Source: an uncultured Gammaproteobacteria bacterium
GTDB lineage: Bacteria; Actinomycetota; Acidimicrobiia; Spongiisociales; SHLN01
DNA: 64,000 bases
Assembly (NCBI GenBank): GCA_964195905.1
Contig: CAXMQV010000013.1
Span: 3,482-67,481, forward strand
Direction: 5' to 3'
The position numbers were made by a program, and so were the translations under genes. Below, one piece after another: positions 46,029 through 54,639 of this stretch (positions are counted from its first letter, which is position 1; every line of letters begins with the position of its first letter). Under the pieces are notes generated by a model that was given only the letters and a program-made list of their open reading frames with translations, made no database searches and was not told the origin of the DNA.

Positions 46029-46733
46029 ATGGATTTGAGCGCAATTGATGTACAACAGAAAACGTTCCGTGAGCGATTCCGGGGCTACGACCCGGACGAT
46101 GTCGAGGACTTCCTGGACCGCGTCGTTGAGACGCTCCGTGGATATGAGCTGAAGGCCCGCCAGCAGCAGGAGCAGCTCGACACGCTGCAGCAGGATCTGG
46201 CTGGAACGAAAGAGGCCGAGGAAGCTATCAAACGGACCTATATCACCGCCCAGCGCACCTCGCAGGAGATGGTGGGCGAGGCCCAGGAGAAGTCCAACAG
46301 CATTGTCGACAAGGCCAAGGGTCAGGCGGAGTCCATGGTGGCGGAAGCACGAGCGGAGGTGAAGCGCACCCGTGAGGAGGGGGCGGCCGAACATGACGCC
46401 CTCAAGCGAAGGATCGCGCAACTACGCAGTGCGGTCGGTGACCTTCAGGCCCGCCTCGCCGCCTTCGCCGAGACCGCCGCAATCGACCTCGAGGGTCTTG
46501 GAGCTTCAATCGATCTCGAGACCCACTCCATTTCGGAGATTCTCGAGAAAGCGGCAGCCGAGTCTGATGATGGCCAGGCTGTGGCCGACACAGTGGCCGA
46601 CGCAGTGGCCGAGGAACCGACTCCCGAGGCGGCCGAGGAAGGCGAGACGGTGCCCGCAGATGGTTCCGCGGAAGCTCGCGAGGCGGCCTACCTCCAGCAG
46701 CCGAGGGGTCAGCGTCCCTGGGAAAGGGCTTAG
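46029..46733 (+). CDS. divIVA: DivIVA
   Basis: FRGYDPDDVEDFLD followed by a coiled coil. Confidence 0.93.
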   Translation: MDLSAIDVQQKTFRERFRGYDPDDVEDFLDRVVETLRGYELKARQQQEQLDTLQQDLAGTKEAEEAIKRTYITAQRTSQEMVGEAQEKSNSIVDKAKGQAESMVAEARAEVKRTREEGAAEHDALKRRIAQLRSAVGDLQARLAAFAETAAIDLEGLGASIDLETHSISEILEKAAAESDDGQAVADTVADAVAEEPTPEAAEEGETVPADGSAEAREAAYLQQPRGQRPWERA

Positions 46734-46755
46734 CCGACCGCGTTTCGGTTTGCGC

Positions 46756-46793
46756 TGCTGAGCATGCGGTGTTGAATTCCGCAGCTACCAGCA
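46756..46793. terminator. Possible bidirectional hairpin between convergent divIVA and ileS
   Basis: TGCTG-AGC-A-TGCGG...CCGCA-GCT-AC-CAGCA; no U-tract. Confidence 0.35.
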
Positions 46794-46814
46794 TGACGGT
46801 GGGCGGCGGGCTCG

Positions 46815-49800
46815 CTACGCGACCTCAATCGAGACCATGAGAATCCCGCCGCCGATCTCGAGCTCCGTGCCTTCGATGGCGTCGTGGCGGGTGAGTTCGG
46901 TGGCAAGGATCTCGGCGGCGATGTAATCGCCGAAGTCGGCGATCGCGGTGACGAGCGCCTCGTCGGTGCTCGACCAGATCAGTCGAACCCGATCGGTTAC
47001 GTGGAGATCTCGCCGGCGCCGGATCGCCTGTACTCGATTGACGATCTCGCGAGCCACACCCTCCGATCGGAGCGAAGAGGTAAGGGCGCAATCGAGGGCC
47101 ACCGAAAGGGGGCCCTCGGCCGCCACCACGACACCTTCGTGGGCCTGACGGCTTATCACGACGTCTTCTGACATGAGCTCGGTGCCATCGGGCAGCGCCA
47201 CCGCCTGTCCGTCCAGGAGTCGGTGGAGCGTGTCGGAATCGAGCGCCTCGATGGCTTCGGCAATCTCCTTGACTCCCTTGCCGAAGCGGGGGCCGAGCGT
47301 CTTGAAGTTGGCCTTGCCGTGGAGCGTGACGAGCGCTGGCTCGTCCGAAGACGTTTCAACCAGCTTGACGTTCAACTCCTCCACGATGAGCTCGGAGTGA
47401 GATGCGATGGCGTCGAGCATTTTCGGGTCCCGGTGAACCACCGTCAGGGCAGCGAGCGGCTGGCGGATCGGCAGGTTGTTGGCCACTCGAAGGGAGCGCC
47501 CGATGCCGACCACCGTTCGGACCGTCGACATGGTCTGCTCGAGGACCGAATCGATGAGGCTGGCGCTTGTTTCCGGATAGTCCTCGTGATGGATGCTGGC
47601 TGGACCGGGTCCGGATCGATGGGCGACCACGAGGTCCTGGTAGATCTCCTCAGTGATGAAAGGCAGCACGGGGGCAATGACCTTTCCAAATGTCACGAGC
47701 ACCTCGTGGAGGGTGGCAAAGGCGGCCAGTTTGTCACCGTCGGCATCTGATGCACGTTGGCGCCAGAAGCGCCGTCGCGATCGGCGGATGTACCAGTTGG
47801 TGAGATCGTCGATGAACTCGATCATCGGCGGGATGACGTCGTAGAGGTAGTAGCCCTCCATCTGCTCATTGACTCGCCGGATCAGGCTCTGGAGAACCGA
47901 CAGAATCCACCTGTCGATTTCCGCCCGCTCGGCCGGCGGGGGAGCCGCTTCCAGATCGTCCATCGTGATGGCATCCGCTTCGGCGTATGTGGTGAAGAAC
48001 GAGTAAGCGTTCCAGTAAGGGAGCATGACGGTTCTCACAACGTCGCGCACCCCGGATTCGGAGAACCGAAGCGGCTCGCCTCGGAGCAACGGCGAGTTGA
48101 GCAGGTAGGCGCGCAGGGCGTCGGCCCCAAAGGCGTCGAAGATGTCATTCGGATCCGGGTAGTTCTTGAGGCTCTTTGACATCTTGCGGCCGTCCTCGGC
48201 GAGGATCAGGCCGTTGACGACTCCATTGCGAAACGGCACCTCATCGAAGAGGGCGGTGGCCAATACCACGAGCGTGTAGAACCATCCCCGCGTTTGGTCG
48301 AGGCCCTCAGCGATGAAATCGGCGGGGAAGCGGCCCTCGAAAGCCTCGGCGTTCTCGAACGGATAGTGGTTTTCCGCATACGGCATCGATCCCGACTCGA
48401 ACCAGCAGTCGAGGACCTCCGGCACCCGGGTCATCGTGCCATCGCAAGCGGTGCACGGGAACGTGACTGGATCCACGAAATGCCGGTGCAGGTCGGTCAA
48501 CTCCACTCCCGCCAGTTCCTTCAGTTCTTCGATCGAGCCGACACACCTGGACTCATCGCAGCCGTCGCACTCCCACACCGGGATGCAGCTGCCCCAATAG
48601 CGGTTGCGGCTGATGGCCCAATCCCGCGCATCGGCGAGCCAGTTGCCGAACCGACGGGACCCGATCGCGTCGGGCACCCAATGGATGGTTGCGTTCAGTT
48701 CGACCATTCGTTCCTTGAAAGACTCCACCGCCACGAACCACGTCGGGATCGCTTTGTAGATGAGGGGAGTGCCGGTTCGCCAGCAGAAGGGATACGAATG
48801 GCGAATCTGGCTGTGTCGCACAATCGATCCGCGCTCCTTCAACAGCCGGATCAGTGTGGCATCGGCGTCCTTGACGTTCTCTCCTGCCACCTCCGGTACC
48901 GCGTCGGTGAAACGGGCCTCGAGGTCGATGGGGTCGACGAGCACATCAAGTCCGGCGGCCTGCAACGCGTAGAAGTCGGCCTCGCCGTAGGCGGGGGCCA
49001 TGTGCACGAGGCCGGTCCCCTCGGTCGTGGTGACCTCGGTGCTCGAGATGATCCGGAACGCTCCTCGATCGCGTTCCTCTCCGAAATAGTCGAAGGGTGG
49101 TTCGTAGGACGCTCCGATCAGCTCATGTCCCGGGACAGATGCGAGGATCGGGGGCGTCTGATCGGGCCAATAGACATCGACGAGATCGGCTGCCAGCCAG
49201 AACGGGCCCGCCTGGCCATCGATCTCGGCGTCGACCCGGACATAGGTGAGATCCTGGCCAACGGCAATCGCAAGGTTGGCCGGGAGGGTCCACGGTGTCG
49301 TCGTCCAGATCAGGAAGGAATCACCGTCTTGCACGCTCCCGTAGGCGCCGATGGCCCGGATTCGAACGATGATCGACGGGTCGTCCACGTCCCGATAATC
49401 CATGTTCGCTTCGAAGTTGGAGAGCGGTGTGGTTGCCCCGAACGAATAGGGGAGCACCTTGAAGTCCTTGTAGATGAGTCCCTTGTCCCACAGCTTGCGG
49501 AACACCCACCACACGCTCTCCATGAAGTCGGTATCGAGGGTTCGGTAGTCGTTCTCGAAGTCGATCCACCGTCCGATGCGGCGGGTGATTTCCTCCCAGG
49601 TCTCGGTGTTGGCCTGGACTCGCATGCGGCACGCTTCGTTGAATTTGCCGATACCGAAGTCGGCGATGGCGCGCGGCCCGGAGATCCCCAGGTCCTTCTC
49701 GACCTCCATCTCGATGGGCAGGCCGTGGGTGTCCCACCCGAATCGGCGCTGCACCCGGTAGCCCCGCATCGTCCAGTAACGGGGGACGACGTCCTTGATG

Positions 49801-49997
49801 ACCCCGGCCAGCAAGTTGCCGTAGTGGGGGCTGCCGGTGGGGAAGGGAGGCCCGTCATAGAACGTGTAGGACCGGTCGGCGGGCCGTATGTCGATCGAGG
49901 TCTGGAAAGCATCGACCTCGTCCCACAGCTCCAGGATCCGCCCGTCGACAGTGGGGAAATCCACCTGTGGTGGTACTCGTTTGAAGCCCTCGGCCAT
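46815..49997 (-). CDS. ileS: Isoleucyl-tRNA synthetase, type 2
   Basis: DGPPF..G.PHYGN, GWDTHGLP, WTTTPWTLP, GTGLVH, KMSKS; long C-terminus without the type-1 zinc finger. Confidence 0.97.
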   Translation of the reverse strand: MAEGFKRVPPQVDFPTVDGRILELWDEVDAFQTSIDIRPADRSYTFYDGPPFPTGSPHYGNLLAGVIKDVVPRYWTMRGYRVQRRFGWDTHGLPIEMEVEKDLGISGPRAIADFGIGKFNEACRMRVQANTETWEEITRRIGRWIDFENDYRTLDTDFMESVWWVFRKLWDKGLIYKDFKVLPYSFGATTPLSNFEANMDYRDVDDPSIIVRIRAIGAYGSVQDGDSFLIWTTTPWTLPANLAIAVGQDLTYVRVDAEIDGQAGPFWLAADLVDVYWPDQTPPILASVPGHELIGASYEPPFDYFGEERDRGAFRIISSTEVTTTEGTGLVHMAPAYGEADFYALQAAGLDVLVDPIDLEARFTDAVPEVAGENVKDADATLIRLLKERGSIVRHSQIRHSYPFCWRTGTPLIYKAIPTWFVAVESFKERMVELNATIHWVPDAIGSRRFGNWLADARDWAISRNRYWGSCIPVWECDGCDESRCVGSIEELKELAGVELTDLHRHFVDPVTFPCTACDGTMTRVPEVLDCWFESGSMPYAENHYPFENAEAFEGRFPADFIAEGLDQTRGWFYTLVVLATALFDEVPFRNGVVNGLILAEDGRKMSKSLKNYPDPNDIFDAFGADALRAYLLNSPLLRGEPLRFSESGVRDVVRTVMLPYWNAYSFFTTYAEADAITMDDLEAAPPPAERAEIDRWILSVLQSLIRRVNEQMEGYYLYDVIPPMIEFIDDLTNWYIRRSRRRFWRQRASDADGDKLAAFATLHEVLVTFGKVIAPVLPFITEEIYQDLVVAHRSGPGPASIHHEDYPETSASLIDSVLEQTMSTVRTVVGIGRSLRVANNLPIRQPLAALTVVHRDPKMLDAIASHSELIVEELNVKLVETSSDEPALVTLHGKANFKTLGPRFGKGVKEIAEAIEALDSDTLHRLLDGQAVALPDGTELMSEDVVISRQAHEGVVVAAEGPLSVALDCALTSSLRSEGVAREIVNRVQAIRRRRDLHVTDRVRLIWSSTDEALVTAIADFGDYIAAEILATELTRHDAIEGTELEIGGGILMVSIEVA

Positions 49998-50192
49998 GTC
50001 GCTCCTCGTCTCGCCATAGGGCCGGGACGAGTGATGACCCGCGGTACCACCCGGCTTGCCGCTCTCGAGAGCAGCCGCTCCGTTCTTCGTCGTTTCGGGA
50101 CGACTCCGGCGAGGTCTATTGGGCGCACTCGGCGCCGTTCTGCTCGCAGCTCGGGGGCGATATCCGCCTCCCGGCGGACCCCGTCAACGCAA
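49998..50192 (-). ncRNA. Translational T-box riboswitch (Ile) upstream of ileS
   Basis: Minus strand: AUC specifier (50159-61), AGAA/AAUA stem II loop, AAGCCGGGUGGUACCGCG T-box, CGUCCC antisequestrator arm; CUCGUC can pair with GACGAG at the RBS. Confidence 0.92.
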
Positions 50193-50252
50193 TTCGAGAA
50201 GTTTACTGCTTGTCAAACCGTTCTGGTGGCGGGCTCGCTCGGTCGGAAGGGT

Positions 50253-50348
50253 TCCGCGACCCGCCACCCGCCACCGGCGGCCCGCCGGAAGTTCTGCATC
50301 CCGTTGGTTCCTTGCGGGGAGCGGGAAGCGGGCGGCGAGAAGCGGGTC
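50253..50348. repeat. Inverted pair of 7-bp arrays (CCCGCCA-type and GCGGGAA-type)
   Basis: 50253-87 tccgcga cccgcca cccgcca ccggcgg cccgccg; 50314-48 gcgggga gcgggaa gcgggcg gcgagaa gcgggtc. Confidence 0.65.
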
Positions 50349-50457
50349 TCTGGCATCCGGTTTTCCTGGGGTTCGTGCTACTGTTTCGCCGCATCTTGGG
50401 GTATTCAGCCAGCCAGCCGGTGCCTTTGGACAGGCGCCTGCGGTGAGAGAGAAGGAT

Positions 50458-50829
50458 ATGGCTCGCAAACTGGCAAAGTCGACGGTCAAGCGGTTCAAAG
50501 ACCAACTGAAGGCAGAGCGCGAGCGCCTCGAGGCCATGATCGTGGAGCTTGAAGAGGAACGCGAGCAAGCCAAGCTGAACGAGACCGCCTCCGAACGAAA
50601 CCCCGATATCGATTCGGTGGACGGCGGAACCATGGCCTTCGAATACGAGAAGGAACTGGCGTTGGTCGAGAATGCCCGCGACCTGCTCAGGAAAGTTGGC
50701 GAGGCAGAGGTCGCCATCAAGAAGGGCAAGTACGGGATTTGCGACAGCTGCGGAATCTCCATCCCGATCGCCCGACTGCAGGTGCTCCCATACACCACGG
50801 TGTGCGTGGACTGCTCCGGCAAGCGGTGA
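50458..50829 (+). CDS. DksA/TraR C4 zinc-finger protein
   Basis: Coiled coil with DSVDGG tip; YGICDSCG...RLQVLP...CVDC; AAGGA RBS. Confidence 0.9.
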   Translation: MARKLAKSTVKRFKDQLKAERERLEAMIVELEEEREQAKLNETASERNPDIDSVDGGTMAFEYEKELALVENARDLLRKVGEAEVAIKKGKYGICDSCGISIPIARLQVLPYTTVCVDCSGKR

Positions 50830-51281
50830 ACCGACGTCTCATCGCGCTGGCGGTAGGCGCAGCCGTAGTCATTGTCGATCAACTCACGAAGTGGTGGGCG
50901 CTCTCGGCCGATCTCCCGAACTCACTCATCGGTGACTTCCTGGTTCTTCGGCTGGTTCGCAACCCCGGGGCCGCCTTCAACTCTTTGCAGGGCTCGGGAG
51001 TGCTCATCGCGGTCCTCGCCATCGCCGTCGTCCTCGTCCTCGTTCGTGTGAGCGGCTCGGCCGTGCACCGGCGAGAGGCGGCCGTGTTCGGGCTCATCCT
51101 CGGGGGCGCCGCCGGCAATCTTGCCGATCGGATCTTCCGAGCCGATGGGTTCCTCGACGGCAAAGTAATCGACTGGATCGACCTGTGGTTCATTCCGACC
51201 TTCAACGTCGCCGATGCCAGCCTGACCATCGGCGCCACTCTTGCGGTACTCGTGGCGTTCTTCGCCACGACGGACGCATGA
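50826..51281 (+). CDS. lspA: Lipoprotein signal peptidase
   Basis: DQLTK, NPGAAF, GNLADR, VIDW, FNVAD; GTGA overlap. Confidence 0.95.
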   Translation: MNRRLIALAVGAAVVIVDQLTKWWALSADLPNSLIGDFLVLRLVRNPGAAFNSLQGSGVLIAVLAIAVVLVLVRVSGSAVHRREAAVFGLILGGAAGNLADRIFRADGFLDGKVIDWIDLWFIPTFNVADASLTIGATLAVLVAFFATTDA

Positions 51282-52204
51282 AGCGGGTCCCGGCTGACCT
51301 CGACGGTGAACGTCTCGACCGGGTCGTCGCCATCATGGCCGAGGCCAGTCGGGCCCAGGCCCGGGAGCTGATCGAAACTGGCGGGGTGACTGTCGATGGG
51401 AAGACGACCGAAACTCCGGCGCTCCGTGTCAAGGCGGGGGTAGAGCTCGGGATGGCGCCGGTGGCGGTCGCCGCCCCGTTGCAGGCCGAGGAGGTTGCCT
51501 TCTCAGTTGCCTGGGAAGACGAGCATCTGGCGGTCATCGACAAGCCGGCCGGGATCGTCACGCATCCGGGGGCCGGGAACCAGGCCGGGACGCTCGCCGG
51601 GGGACTCATCCATCGCTGGCCCGAGGTCGAGGGGGTAGGCGAGGCGGACCGCTGGGGCATCGTGCATCGACTCGACAAGGGCACATCGGGGCTGCTTGTC
51701 ATCGCCAAGACGACCCCCGCCCTCGAGGGTCTTCGCTTGCTGATCAAGCAGCGGCAGATCGGGCGTACGTACCTCGCTCTCGTACAGGGACCCATGGCGA
51801 TCGAGACCGGAACGGTGGATGCTCCGATCGGCCGGGACCCGAGCCGTCCGATGCGCCGCCGGGTCCACCCGGCCGGTCGGGCCGCCCGAACCCATTACCA
51901 ACAGCTGGCGGCGTGGCCCGAACACGCCCTCCTCAACGTCGAGCTCGAGACGGGACGCACTCACCAGATCCGCGTTCACCTCACCGCCATCGACCACCCG
52001 GTCGTCGGCGACCGGACCTACGACGCCACCGCCAAGGATCCCGCCGACCCGGGCCGCGTATGGCTCCACTCCTGGAAACTCGCTTTCGATCATCCGATCA
52101 CAGGGGAGGCGATTTCCTGTGAGTCCCCTCTGCCGGAGGATTTGGCCGAGTCCCTGAGCGCGTTGGGGGAGCCGGAAACCGGGGCGCTGCCGGAACTGAG
52201 TTGA
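51278..52204 (+). CDS. rluD: RluA/RluD-family pseudouridine synthase
   Basis: S4 domain, KPAG, HRLDKGTSG, GRTHQIRVH. Confidence 0.92.
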   Translation: MKRVPADLDGERLDRVVAIMAEASRAQARELIETGGVTVDGKTTETPALRVKAGVELGMAPVAVAAPLQAEEVAFSVAWEDEHLAVIDKPAGIVTHPGAGNQAGTLAGGLIHRWPEVEGVGEADRWGIVHRLDKGTSGLLVIAKTTPALEGLRLLIKQRQIGRTYLALVQGPMAIETGTVDAPIGRDPSRPMRRRVHPAGRAARTHYQQLAAWPEHALLNVELETGRTHQIRVHLTAIDHPVVGDRTYDATAKDPADPGRVWLHSWKLAFDHPITGEAISCESPLPEDLAESLSALGEPETGALPELS

Positions 52205-52281
52205 CAGTTCACAGTTGACAGTTCACAGCCAGAATCGGGCGTCTATCTGTTGACTGTTGACTGTTGACTGTTGACCGTTGG
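52200..52281. repeat. Inverted pair of 7-bp arrays (GTTSACA)x4 and (CTGTTGA)x4-5; possible bidirectional terminator
   Basis: Arrays at 52200-27 and 52247-81 between convergent rluD and pfk. Confidence 0.9.
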
Positions 52282-52298
52282 TTGAACGCCCTTGGCGT

Positions 52299-53327
52299 TC
52301 AACCAAAGAACGTCTCCGCCACGTCGTAGATCTCGGGGGGGACGCCCCGCACGCTGGCGCAGGCGTCGGCCAGGGGCACCGGAACCATCTCCGTGCCGCG
52401 GGCGGCCACCATCACGCCATGGATGCCTTTGGCAGCCAGGTCGGCGGCAGCCACCCCGAAGCGGGTTGCCAGCACCCGGTCGGTTGCAGAAGGAGTTCCG
52501 CCTCGCTGCAGGTGCCCGAGCACGGTCACACGGGTCTCGAAGCCGGTATGACGCTCCAGCTCGTGGCCGATTGCGTAGGCGACTCCGCCGAGCCGTTTGA
52601 AGCCGAACTGGTCGACCCGTTCCTCGGCTTCGAGGCCGGCCGGCGGGTCGACGCCCTCGGCGATAACCACCACCGAGTAGGTGTGGCCCCGGCGATGGCG
52701 CTTGCGGATGATCTTGGCGATGGAAGCCAGGTCGTACTCCACTTCGGGAATGATGAGGGCGTCGGCCCCGGCCGCGATGCCTGCGTAGGCGGCGATCCAT
52801 CCCTTGGTCCGGCCCATCACCTCCACCAGCATGACCCGGTTGTGAGCCTCGGCGGTGGTGGCGATTCGGTCGATGGCTTCGGTGGCGATCTGGACCGCCG
52901 TGTCGAATCCGAAGGTGGTGTCGGTGGCGGCGATGTCGTTGTCGATGGTCTTCGGTACTCCGATGACCGGCAACCCACCGTCGGCGTGCAACTGCATGGC
53001 CGTCTTGAGGGTGCCGTCGCCGCCGATGACGACGAGTGCGTCGATGTCGTTGGCTTCGATCGTCCCGCGTACGCTCTCGTATCCGTCGCCGTGCACATAC
53101 GGATCCAGCCGGGACGTGCCGAGAATGGTTCCTCCCCGGGCGAGGATCCCGCGCACATCATCGCGGTCGAGGGGCCGGGTACGGCTCTCCATGAGGCCCT
53201 CCCACCCGTTCTTGATCCCGACGACTTCAGCGCCGTGCGTCTCGGTTGCCCGGACTACCACGGCCCGGATGACGGCATTCAGTCCTGGGCAATCGCCGCC
53301 GGCGGTGAGGACTCCAAGAACGTTCAT
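52299..53327 (-). CDS. pfkA: 6-phosphofructokinase, predicted ATP-dependent
   Basis: GGDCPG, GGDGT, PKTIDND, MGR, LGHLQRGG. Confidence 0.92.
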   Translation of the reverse strand: MNVLGVLTAGGDCPGLNAVIRAVVVRATETHGAEVVGIKNGWEGLMESRTRPLDRDDVRGILARGGTILGTSRLDPYVHGDGYESVRGTIEANDIDALVVIGGDGTLKTAMQLHADGGLPVIGVPKTIDNDIAATDTTFGFDTAVQIATEAIDRIATTAEAHNRVMLVEVMGRTKGWIAAYAGIAAGADALIIPEVEYDLASIAKIIRKRHRRGHTYSVVVIAEGVDPPAGLEAEERVDQFGFKRLGGVAYAIGHELERHTGFETRVTVLGHLQRGGTPSATDRVLATRFGVAAADLAAKGIHGVMVAARGTEMVPVPLADACASVRGVPPEIYDVAETFFG

Positions 53328-54475
53328 TAGTAGAGAAACATTGGTTTGCCCGACACGTGGCGCACCTTGGGGCGGTAGTTCAGCTCGTCGTAGAGCTCGC
53401 CGATGTCTACCCGCTTGACGCCTTCTCCGGTCACCGAAATCGGCACGTTCGTGTAGGTGCCGCCTCGCAGCGCCACCATCCGTCCGGTTGCATGCTCCAT
53501 GGCCAGGTCGGCGGCCATAGATGCATAGTTGGTGGCCACCATGAGATCGAGTGAGTCGGGCGCACCCGAGCGCATCAGGTACCCGATCTCCTGCAGGATG
53601 ATGTCCTCGCCGGTGCGCTCCTTGATGAGCTGGCCGGTCAGGGTCCCGATCCCGCCGAGTTTGCGGTGTCCGTAGGCGTCGGCCTCACCGGTGACGACGA
53701 TGTCACCTCCGGAAAGGCTGGCTCCTTCTGAGATCGTCATCATGGCGTAGTTGCTCGGATTGCGACGCTTGTCTCTCACAAGCTGGTCGCACAGCCGATC
53801 GATGTCGAAGGGCACTTCGGAGATGATGGCCCGATCGACGCCTGCCAGGTAGGCCGTGATGAGTGAGGTTTCTCCGCTGTAACGGCCGAACAATTCGACC
53901 ACGGCGATCCGCTCGTGAGAGCCGGTGCTGGTGCGGAGGTTGTTGATGAATTCCACGCCGCGAGTGATGGCCGTCGAGAACCCGATGCAATAGTCGGTTC
54001 CGTGCACGTCGTTGTCCATCGTCTTGGGAATGGCAATGGAGGGAACGCCTTCCTCGTGCATCCGCAGTCCATAGGAGAGAGTGTCATCACCACCGATCGG
54101 AATGAGGACGTCGATGCCCTCGCTCTCGATGACCCGGAGAGCGTGGTCGGTCACGTCAACGGTGGGGTCGTCGGTGGCCCGATCAGCCAGGTGGGGCGGT
54201 AGATCGGCGGGCTTGACCTTGCTCGGGTTGGTGCGGGAGGTGTGGAGGAAGGTTCCCCCGGTTCGGCTGACGGTGCGGACCCTCATCGGATCGAGGTCGA
54301 CGAACCACTCATCCCGGTCGGTGGGATTGTCGGGGTCGAAGTTTACGAACGGTGCCCAGCCCCGTTTGATGCCCACGACCTCATGGCCCTCGTGGGCGAC
54401 CCGTTCCACTACTGCTTTGATGCAGGGATTGAGGCCGGGAACGTCTCCGCCTCCGGTCAAAATGCCGATGCGCAT
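53327..54475 (-). CDS. 6-phosphofructokinase, predicted PPi-dependent
   Basis: GGDVPG, GGDDT, PKTMDND, FGRYSG. Confidence 0.9.
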   Translation of the reverse strand: MRIGILTGGGDVPGLNPCIKAVVERVAHEGHEVVGIKRGWAPFVNFDPDNPTDRDEWFVDLDPMRVRTVSRTGGTFLHTSRTNPSKVKPADLPPHLADRATDDPTVDVTDHALRVIESEGIDVLIPIGGDDTLSYGLRMHEEGVPSIAIPKTMDNDVHGTDYCIGFSTAITRGVEFINNLRTSTGSHERIAVVELFGRYSGETSLITAYLAGVDRAIISEVPFDIDRLCDQLVRDKRRNPSNYAMMTISEGASLSGGDIVVTGEADAYGHRKLGGIGTLTGQLIKERTGEDIILQEIGYLMRSGAPDSLDLMVATNYASMAADLAMEHATGRMVALRGGTYTNVPISVTGEGVKRVDIGELYDELNYRPKVRHVSGKPMFLY

Positions 54476-54523
54476 GTGGTTACCTTCAGTCTTGATTTTC
54501 GGGCCGAGCCTAGCCCCATCACG

Positions 54524-54551
54524 CAGTCCCCGGTCCCCGGTCTCTGGTCCC
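54524..54551. repeat. 7-bp tandem array (CGGTCCC-type x4)
   Basis: cagtccc cggtccc cggtctc tggtccc. Confidence 0.7.
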
Positions 54552-54618
54552 GGCCTCCACCCCCGGGACGTGGGATTCGCGACTTGCCCTCCCAGTCTCG
54601 ATCTCTATCATCGGCCAT

Positions 54619-54636
54619 ACTTACGCCGATGTAATT
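54619..54636. promoter_or_regulatory. 18-bp palindromic operator candidate before dnaE
   Basis: ACTTACGCCGATGTAATT; 14/18 identical to 62021-62038; overlaps CATACT (54616-21) and ends 3 nt before the ATG. Confidence 0.6.
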
Positions 54637-54639
54637 TTC

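Noticed and set aside
46815-49997. ileS opposite to the dcw cluster as a recent inversion or acquired mupirocin-resistance gene
   Set aside because: The divIVA/ileS/dksA-lspA-rluD arrangement and type-2 IleRS are usual in actinobacteria as I recall; it has a native T-box and no mobility signs.
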